The position numbers and the translations under genes are program-made. Shown piece by piece: positions 6,814 to 12,834 of a stretch of DNA of 51,155 bases. Each line of letters opens with the position of its first letter. Position 1 is the first letter of the stretch. This DNA is from Butyricicoccus sp. (GTDB lineage: Bacteria > Bacillota > Clostridia > Oscillospirales > Oscillospiraceae): positions 1 through 51,155 of the forward strand of contig JAMPGF010000001.1 in NCBI GenBank assembly GCA_023664105.1, in the 5' to 3' direction. Below the pieces are notes generated by a model. It worked only from the letters and a program-made list of their open reading frames with translations. It did not search any database and was not told the DNA's origin.

Positions 6814-7350
6814 ATGGAAACAAATAATAGCGTCAACTATGAGGATGATTTTTTGGAGGATGTCCAAGAGTACGAGTACAAGGAGATGATTGAAAAGGCC
6901 AATAACATTGTGCTTGGCTTTACAGCATCCACTGGTGTGACTGGTGTAGTTCCCATACCGTTTGCTGATGCTCCACTGCTAATTGCGCAGCAAGTAGCTA
7001 TGATGGTTGCTATTAATGGAGTTTTTGAGTTTGACATTGAGCGTGACGCACTCAAATCTCTTGCTACGGCGGCGATTGGTGTTGGAGGCGCAACTGTGAT
7101 AGGTAAAACCGTTGCATCAAATCTCTTGAAGATGATTCCTGGAGTTGGATCGGTAGCAGGAGGAGCTATTTCTGCTGGCACAGCAGGGGTAATTACATTG
7201 GCATTGGGTAAAGCCTACATAGAAGTATGCAAGGCAATCAAAATGGGTAAGTTGGATCAGAGTGATTTGACAAAAAAAGCTGGGTTGGATATGCTCAAAA
7301 AATCTTTCAAGGAGCAGATGAAGAAAAAGAAGAGTGGCGATTCAGATTAA
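6814..7350 (+). CDS. DUF697-like membrane-associated protein (YcjF-type domain), stand-alone
   Basis: AAGGAGG RBS. GVVPIPFADAPLLIAQQVAMMVAINGVFEF fits the DUF697 core pattern (sP.p..D...l...q..Mi..Ia..yG). It is followed by Gly-rich hydrophobic segments and a lysine-rich tail. Confidence 0.6.
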   Translation: METNNSVNYEDDFLEDVQEYEYKEMIEKANNIVLGFTASTGVTGVVPIPFADAPLLIAQQVAMMVAINGVFEFDIERDALKSLATAAIGVGGATVIGKTVASNLLKMIPGVGSVAGGAISAGTAGVITLALGKAYIEVCKAIKMGKLDQSDLTKKAGLDMLKKSFKEQMKKKKSGDSD

Positions 7351-7388
7351 AGTCCTGACACGGTTATCTACCTATGAGCTTAATTAAG

Positions 7389-7417
7389 TTGACACTTACC
7401 CAACATCATGGTAAACA
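7389..7417 (+). promoter_or_regulatory. Promoter candidate for the excisionase-like gene
   Basis: TTGACA (7389-7394), 17-nt spacer, TG-n-TAAACA (7409-7417; extended -10-like). Confidence 0.35.
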
Positions 7418-7442
7418 ATCCACCGCAAAGGAGTGCGATACC

Positions 7443-7631
7443 ATGCTGGACGAATATGCTGATATCCTGACTGCTGACGAGGCTTGCGAGGTGCTGCGGG
7501 TAGGTTATAACACCCTGTACGCCATGCTCAACTCTGGGGAACTTAAAGCCTACCGAAACGGGCGCAGCTGGAGGATACCAAAGCTGGCTGTGCAGGAGTA
7601 CATACTGAAAAATGCCAGACTCAGCGCATAA
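7443..7631 (+). CDS. Excisionase-family / MerR-superfamily helix-turn-helix DNA-binding protein (HTH_17)
   Basis: Start moved to the ATG at 7443 (AAGGAG RBS). ILTADEACEVLRVGYNTLYAMLNSGELKAYRNGRSWRIPKLAVQEYI is the typical excisionase-type wHTH signature. Confidence 0.75.
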   Translation: MLDEYADILTADEACEVLRVGYNTLYAMLNSGELKAYRNGRSWRIPKLAVQEYILKNARLSA

Positions 7632-7637
7632 GAGGGG

Positions 7638-7667
7638 AGGCACCGGAACAGCTCCGGTGCCTTTCTC
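7638..7667. terminator. Bidirectional intrinsic terminator between the excisionase-like and relaxase genes
   Basis: AGGCACCGGA-ACAGC-TCCGGTGCCT followed by TTCTC. It lies between convergent stops at 7631 and 7672. Confidence 0.6.
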
Positions 7668-7671
7668 ACAC

Positions 7672-8163
7672 TTAATAATCTTTGCTTGACACATATTGTA
7701 GTTTATTGATACCGTAGTGTCTCAGTATGCCTCTCAAGGCGCTCTGAAACGCATAAAACTCCGATTTTCGTCCGTAATAGCGCGCACCAGTACGGTAACT
7801 CACTGAGTTATGTACAAGATGAAAATGAAGATTGGGCTTGTCCTCATGTACCGAGTAGAGGGCTTGATATTCTTGCCCTATATACTTTGCTGTATGTTGA
7901 GCAATTTCATTGGCAACAGCAGGATCATTCAATTCCCATGCCTCAAAGGAAATTATAAAGTGCCGAAGCTGAACACCATCCGTTTTGCCAAACCGCTCAG
8001 ATACAAGCGTCATACTTCCGGCGGGATTTATAAGGTCAACGCCTACTCCGCCAAAATACCCATGGATTGCTTTGTCCGCGCGGAAAATGTATTCGGTAAG
8101 CACCTCCTTGGCGTCTTCATTAAAGTATCTGCCTTTTCCATTTGCAGTTTTTAATATTGCCAT
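7672..8163 (-). CDS. Relaxase/mobilisation nuclease domain protein (MobA/VirD2-type), unusually short at 163 aa
   Basis: LRHFIISFEAWE and the histidine triad region HEDKPNLHFHLVHNSV fit the relaxase H.D...H.H..N motif. It is flanked by an AT-rich upstream region. Confidence 0.75.
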   Translation of the reverse strand: MAILKTANGKGRYFNEDAKEVLTEYIFRADKAIHGYFGGVGVDLINPAGSMTLVSERFGKTDGVQLRHFIISFEAWELNDPAVANEIAQHTAKYIGQEYQALYSVHEDKPNLHFHLVHNSVSYRTGARYYGRKSEFYAFQSALRGILRHYGINKLQYVSSKDY

Positions 8164-8434
8164 TTTAATCTCTCCTTATATTATCCTATATATTCTAATT
8201 ATTATATATTATCTTATTAATTATCTATATACAGTGTATATAACTAATCTAATACATAATTTTAATCTACTTACTTTTACTTTCTATATTGGTAGCAAGG
8301 GGAAGAACAGTATATATGTCCTTCCCCTTGGGGGCCCAAGTATTCTTTACATAATCGTTAGTTCCGTTATAAAAAATTACCTTGCGTTTTGCTCTATAAA
8401 TTCAGCCCTCACAAGCATTGCTGCCTTGTGGGGG

Positions 8435-9880
8435 CTAAATCTTCCATATGATGTTGACGCGGTTATCTTCCAGCAGGATGCGTTCTATAAACTCCGATGC
8501 TATCAGTTTCTTTTCCTCAAAGCTGGCGGCATCAAAGTCAAGACGTTTGCTGCATGGGGCCGGAGCTGTGCTTTGCGTAAGCAGAGTCTCGCGCTGTTTG
8601 TGAAGCTTGTCAATTTGCCTGGATATATATACGGCGGATATCTCGCTGCTCTCAGCCAAGGCATTGACCAGGCGCTCTATTTTTTGTTCCACGGCAAGAA
8701 GTGCCTCGGATATTTCCTGATTGTCTGTGCCTATGTCCTCCGCAGGACAGTCTGACAGCACATCTTTGATCTGAGCAGCAATCTGCTGCTCCAGCTCACG
8801 AAGGTCAATATGAATAGCTGCATCGCAGTTGGCCAGGTTGGAGCGGCCTGAGCATATCAGATAAAAACGTTTATCCGGTTTACTGTAGTTTATCTTCACC
8901 GCATAGCCACATTTATTGCATTTCATCAGTCCGGTAAGCCACGAGTATTTTCCGGCATTGGCGTGGGAAATCTGAGGGTTCTTTGCCAGCTTTTCCTGTA
9001 CGCGGAGCCAAAGGCCGGAGTCAATAATTCCCCCGTGGTTGGCAACTGTTAATTGTTGTCCCTCGAGGGAATTGTACTTATTCCTGCTTCTGTCTCTTCG
9101 TCCGATAACATTACATGCGTGAACGCCGTCAAAAGCCTCTAATGGCTGCTGTATCTGCATACCCATAGCCAGATAGTGTAAATACACATCCTCGTCCGCG
9201 CAAACGTACAGAGGGCTATGTAAGAGGCGAGAGAGGGTAACATTGTCCCAAGCCTCGCGCTTAGGGCCGTGGATACCCTGCGCAGTCAGATCTCTGGCGA
9301 TGCTGCGAAGGGAAACCTCCGGCCTTGCATACTCCTCAAAGATTTTCCGGACAATACTTGCCTGTCCGTTGGCGCGCAGCGATGACACCCGACGTTCATT
9401 GTCTGTGACCTTGATTAAATCAAAGCCATATGGAGCGGGGCCTCCTGGCCATGCACCCAGGGAAAAACGGTGAATATAGTTATCCTTGACACGTTCAGCA
9501 GTTGTCTCCCGCTCCAGCTGTGCAAAGACAAGCACGATGTTGAGCATTGCCCGACCGATAGGGGAGGATGTGTCAAAATTCTCGGTTACAGACAGGAACT
9601 CCACACCATACTTCTGAAACACCTCCCACAATCGACTGAAATCCGCTATAGACCGACTGAAGCGGTCAAGGCGGTATACATACACCTTTTTGATCTGACC
9701 CGCCTCTACGGCCTGCATAAGCTCTGTAAAGGCGGGGCGCTTTGTGTTCTTACCCGAAAAACCCTTGTCCTGAAAAACGCGGTAGTTCTCGTTCGCGTAT
9801 TTGCGGCAGTACTCTATCTGCCCCTCTATGGACAAACTGTCTTTTTTGTCTATAGATTGTCTTGCGTAAATTGCGTCCAT
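8435..9880 (-). CDS. Large serine recombinase (integrase)
   Basis: N-terminal resolvase domain MDAIYARQSIDKKDSLSIEGQ with catalytic Ser, YVYRLDRFSRS, a recombinase domain, a zinc-ribbon (CNKCGY...CSGRSNLANC) and a C-terminal coiled coil. Confidence 0.95.
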   Translation of the reverse strand: MDAIYARQSIDKKDSLSIEGQIEYCRKYANENYRVFQDKGFSGKNTKRPAFTELMQAVEAGQIKKVYVYRLDRFSRSIADFSRLWEVFQKYGVEFLSVTENFDTSSPIGRAMLNIVLVFAQLERETTAERVKDNYIHRFSLGAWPGGPAPYGFDLIKVTDNERRVSSLRANGQASIVRKIFEEYARPEVSLRSIARDLTAQGIHGPKREAWDNVTLSRLLHSPLYVCADEDVYLHYLAMGMQIQQPLEAFDGVHACNVIGRRDRSRNKYNSLEGQQLTVANHGGIIDSGLWLRVQEKLAKNPQISHANAGKYSWLTGLMKCNKCGYAVKINYSKPDKRFYLICSGRSNLANCDAAIHIDLRELEQQIAAQIKDVLSDCPAEDIGTDNQEISEALLAVEQKIERLVNALAESSEISAVYISRQIDKLHKQRETLLTQSTAPAPCSKRLDFDAASFEEKKLIASEFIERILLEDNRVNIIWKI

Positions 9881-9883
9881 GGC

Positions 9884-9997
9884 TCAACCCTCCGAGCGAT
9901 GCGCGCGTATAAGGAGAATGCAGCGGCGGTGAATTGCAGCCTGACGTGCCAGACGTTCTTTAACGTCTTTTGTTGTGAATGTGTTTGTAATAATCAT
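9884..9997 (-). CDS. Small ORF (37 aa) immediately upstream of the serine recombinase; possible DNA-binding or directionality factor
   Basis: Not in the ORF track (<60 aa). A strong GAGGAGG RBS lies 8 nt before the ATG. It encodes MIITNTFTTKDVKERLARQAAIHRRCILLIRAHRSEG. Its TGA lies 3 nt before the recombinase ATG. Confidence 0.35.
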   Translation of the reverse strand: MIITNTFTTKDVKERLARQAAIHRRCILLIRAHRSEG

Positions 9998-10211
9998 GAT
10001 AGTGTCCTCCTCATGAAAATGATATGTAGCTGAACCGAACCAATATTACTGAACGAACAGCCTTATGAGAAGGTTATGTCTTGTGTAAAACTTTACAAAC
10101 GCACAGTGATTAGCCGCTTGGGCAGCTCTGGCTAACAAGGATGATATAAGGTCGCTTTTTGTCCACGATAACTTATATAGAAAGAATAAGAATTTTCCCT
10201 ACAAAATCACT

Positions 10212-10240
10212 TTTCCTACAAGCGTAAGTTGTGATATAAT
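10212..10240 (+). promoter_or_regulatory. Extended -10 promoter candidate reading into repeat copy A and the 603-aa ORF
   Basis: TG-A-TATAAT at 10232-10240 with a weak -35 (TTTCCT, 10212-10217). Confidence 0.45.
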
Positions 10241-10270
10241 TAGCAAAAAGGAGTGAATTCACAAATGCTA

Positions 10271-10430
10271 ATACTAAAAACCGTTAAAAAGCTTTAATTC
10301 TATGTAAAGCTTTTTATAGCGCCGAAGGCGCGTCGGTTTTTTAATGAGACGGCACGCCGCGCAAAGCGCGGCGTGAGCGTGCGCAGCACGCGGAATTTCA
10401 AATTAAAGAATTTAATTTGAAATTAGTATA
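10271..10430 (+). repeat. Structured dispersed repeat, copy A (~160 nt; ATACTAA...TTAGTAT closing helix)
   Basis: Shares the conserved blocks ATACTAA, TATAGCGCCGNAGGCGCGTC, TTTTAATGAG, GAGCGTGCGNAGCACGCG and AATTAGTAT with 40441-40680 and, inverted, with 48061-48207. It contains five hairpins plus two enclosing helices. Confidence 0.85.
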
Positions 10431-10478
10431 AACGATTATGATGACATTCTTTGCGGCTACCACGTTGATAAGCGTTAT

Positions 10479-12290
10479 ATGTACATCAAGGATATAGAAA
10501 AACAAAAAAAGGACCGTCGACAAGAGATTATCGATACAATTAATGCGAGAGCATATATTAGCAATAGAAACCGATGTTATCCACCCTATTCCACTCCACA
10601 ATATCAAAATCCAGCGCTTTTCTTTTGGGCTATAAATGAGAATTTGCGGATACTTGGAACGAACCTGGAGCTTAATATGACCAGCATCGATGAATTGAGT
10701 CCTTATAGACAAAGAGAAATAAAAAGCGTATTGGGAGATTCGTGGTGGGAAGAACCTTTGCAAGACGTTTATTTTTATTTGGAAACACTACAATTTTCAG
10801 AATACTATAACGCGTTGCTGGCTTTTAAATGGGCAGCTCATTTGATATCATTTCCTTTGTTTGAGCAATATAACTGCGTACAAATGATTGACGGTAAGCT
10901 GTTTTGCAGATTATCCAACCAAAATGAGCTAAAGGATGATTATACTCGTATAGTACGATTAAGTAATGGTTTATACTTGTATAAGTATGATCCTCAAAAG
11001 AGTGTGAAGAAAGGCGAGCAAGGGGAAGGTTTGTTACTGCTGACTGATGAAATAGTGGGCGGATTAATCCGGCTGAATGGTGGTCAAAAGGATTTTTCAT
11101 TACGAAAGAAAAAGGATTTGGGTAAACACTTGGTCGAACTGCATGAGGATGATCCGTACGCTAAAAGGAACAGATTAGAAGGCGAAAAGGTAGTGCGCTA
11201 TCGGGAAGGTGTACTGGAATATGTTCCAACTATGGCTAAGGTACGATTCTCCCAAAAAAATGTTCCCGAATTGATATATTTGCCTTCTTTGGGCGGCTAT
11301 CCAGAGGAGGCCAAGCCATCAAAGCGCCTGGAAAATACGTTGCTATCTTTAACAAATGGGGATTTAGATAAGTTAGATGTTCTGGCAGAATTTCTGGCAC
11401 GTACATTTTGCATATCTGCACCGTCTAAGTACCTTTGGTATGTTCATGGAAATAGCGCAGCATTTGCCCAGTGGGTCGAAAAAATGGTTGAGGGCAAAAC
11501 GTGCAGCACAGTTTACAATCCCAAGCTCACTCAGGCAAGAATGGATCTCATATATGATCAAATAAAACAGCACCTAATTCAGTTTAATTCTGATCCGATA
11601 TCCGCAACAGAGTTCGCCAAATTGAACCACTCAAAATTAAATGGATACATAAACGGTGGTGAAATTATTGTCGTTGATGATCCCTATCAAATAAAGGAGA
11701 CCGAAAGCTACTATCCCCTTGTTGCATTTTTTAGCGAGGGGAACAGTATGGACACTGAAAAAGCATTTAGATCATTACCATATAAGGAAATCAATGTTCC
11801 AGACGGATGGACCTCAAAAGACCTCTCCCGTGAGGATTTCCAATGGCTGAAAATTTGCTTAGTTGCGAAAGGGTTGCAGTTAATTCAAGGATATGAACGT
11901 CGCAAAGTACAATCGGAACAAATAAATATAGATCACGTTGTTCGTCGGTTTGCAAATGATTTTTGCAAGCGCATTAAAGACAGTCGTACTGGATGTAAAA
12001 CGTTTTATAAAGCTTTGAAAAATTATTTAGATACTCTTCCGTATGATGGTAAGCTCGAAGGTTCGACCAAGACCACTGAATATGTGGCAGCACTAATGAA
12101 TTGGGAGTGTAAAGATGACAGGAAGAACAAAAATAGAAAAGCCTTCTGGGATATCTATCTTGATGAGGACAAGCTAAATGCAGCGATAGAAGAAAACAAG
12201 GCCAAAAAAGAGCAAGAGCAGCAGGAACGGGCTGCTCGCAGCTTCCACGAATACTTAAACGAGATTACTGAGCTTGTAATCTGGTCGTAA
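10479..12290 (+). CDS. Hypothetical 603-aa protein; C-terminal half weakly resembles P4/D5-type primase-helicase C-terminal regions but with a degenerate Walker A
   Basis: The long AT-rich ORF has no competing frame. KYLWYVHGNSAAFAQWVEKMVEG sits where G.G.NGKS is expected. GGEIIVVDDP is Walker-B-like. VVRRFANDFC...TFYKALKNYL is D5-C-terminal-like. No clear RBS at 10479, so the start is uncertain. The stop coincides with the element junction. Confidence 0.55.
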   Translation: MYIKDIEKQKKDRRQEIIDTINARAYISNRNRCYPPYSTPQYQNPALFFWAINENLRILGTNLELNMTSIDELSPYRQREIKSVLGDSWWEEPLQDVYFYLETLQFSEYYNALLAFKWAAHLISFPLFEQYNCVQMIDGKLFCRLSNQNELKDDYTRIVRLSNGLYLYKYDPQKSVKKGEQGEGLLLLTDEIVGGLIRLNGGQKDFSLRKKKDLGKHLVELHEDDPYAKRNRLEGEKVVRYREGVLEYVPTMAKVRFSQKNVPELIYLPSLGGYPEEAKPSKRLENTLLSLTNGDLDKLDVLAEFLARTFCISAPSKYLWYVHGNSAAFAQWVEKMVEGKTCSTVYNPKLTQARMDLIYDQIKQHLIQFNSDPISATEFAKLNHSKLNGYINGGEIIVVDDPYQIKETESYYPLVAFFSEGNSMDTEKAFRSLPYKEINVPDGWTSKDLSREDFQWLKICLVAKGLQLIQGYERRKVQSEQINIDHVVRRFANDFCKRIKDSRTGCKTFYKALKNYLDTLPYDGKLEGSTKTTEYVAALMNWECKDDRKNKNRKAFWDIYLDEDKLNAAIEENKAKKEQEQQERAARSFHEYLNEITELVIWS

Positions 12291-12292
12291 AA

Positions 12293-12562
12293 ACGTCCCT
12301 TGAAGCCGCTGCCAGTGGGGACAGTCTCGACTGGAAGGAGCTTTCGGCCTCGGAGATACATAAGCGTGTGACTGGGGGCGTGCAGGCGGGGAGCATTGTG
12401 CTGTTCCACAACGCCGCGCTGCACACGCCGGAGGCGCTGGCGGGGATAATCGAATACCTGCTGGCAAACGGCTATAATATTGTGCCTGTATCCGAGCTTT
12501 TGCTGACGGGGGAGTTTGAAATGGATCACACGGGCAGAATGTGCAGGCCCGGAACGGCCTGA
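12293..12562 (+). pseudogene. 3' fragment of a polysaccharide deacetylase (NodB/PdaB-like) gene, truncated by the element
   Basis: The in-frame translation from ~12293 is ...GDSLDWKELSASEIHKRVTGGVQAGSIVLFHNAALHTPEALAGIIEYLLANGYNIVPVSELLLTGE. This is the C-terminal third of NodB-fold deacetylases (DxxDW and LxH motifs). There is no N-terminal catalytic part and no start or RBS. The exact 5' boundary is uncertain. Confidence 0.7.
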
Positions 12563-12578
12563 CGGATTCAGGTTTTAC

Positions 12579-12621
12579 GCCGGTGCGGGGCAGCGTTTGC
12601 TTCCCTCACCGGCATTTTTTT
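12579..12621 (+). terminator. Intrinsic terminator after the deacetylase fragment
   Basis: GCCGGTGCGGGGCAGC-GTTT-GCTTCCCTCACCGGC (two G-U positions) followed by ATTTTTTT. Confidence 0.7.
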
Positions 12622-12684
12622 GCCGAAGCAGAAAATAAATGCTGTTTTTCCAACAAAAAATGTCTTCTGAAGGCCTTTAATTAT

Positions 12685-12700
12685 TGTCAATCGATTGACA
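12685..12700. promoter_or_regulatory. Perfect 16-bp palindrome (operator candidate) upstream of the nfnAB promoter
   Basis: TGTCAATCGATTGACA, 5 nt upstream of the -35 element. Confidence 0.4.
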
Positions 12701-12705
12701 GGCGC

Positions 12706-12733
12706 TTGACAATCGGCAGGATAGTAGTATAAT
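12706..12733 (+). promoter_or_regulatory. Sigma-A-type promoter candidate for nfnAB
   Basis: TTGACA (12706-12711), 16-nt spacer, TATAAT (12728-12733). Confidence 0.55.
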
Positions 12734-12834
12734 ATACATAAATTAAAGGGGAAAAAATTATAGTTTATGCCCTATTAAGTACACTGTAATCAATTCAATG
12801 ACAAGGGATAAAATATATTTAGGAGGCAGTACGT

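Larger units (their letters stand above)
1..12292. mobile_element. Right-hand part of an integrated AT-rich mobilisable element of the large-serine-recombinase type; it continues beyond the window start
   Basis: Base composition switches abruptly (by eye) at ~12290. Gene content is resolvase fragment, DUF3846/amidoligase module, XRE and WYL regulators, excisionase-like HTH, relaxase-domain gene and large serine recombinase. The right junction abuts a 5'-truncated polysaccharide deacetylase gene. No T4SS or coupling-protein genes are in the visible part. Confidence 0.75.

Noticed and set aside
7985-8755. 256-aa plus-strand ORF spanning the relaxase/recombinase intergenic region
   Set aside because: It runs antisense through the relaxase 5' end and the recombinase 3' end and across the AT-rich spacer. 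Its Ile/Tyr/Leu-rich low-complexity translation is an artefact of AT-rich DNA.
10265-10297. 10-codon mini-ORF (MLILKTVKKL) starting just before repeat copy A
   Set aside because: The RBS spacing is long (11 nt). The ORF is not present at copies B or C, so it is unlikely to be a conserved leader peptide.
10271-10430. Interpretation of the structured repeat as a classical TIR/TSD MITE or as CRISPR repeats
   Set aside because: Only 7 nt are inverted at the termini, and no target-site duplication is visible at any of the three copies. The copies are kilobases apart and ~150-240 nt long, so they are not a CRISPR array. The hairpin-ended transposon idea is kept only as one hypothesis.
12685-12700. 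Calling the palindrome a Rex operator
   Set aside because: The half-sites resemble Rex-type sites only loosely and the spacing differs from the consensus I know. It is kept as a generic operator candidate.
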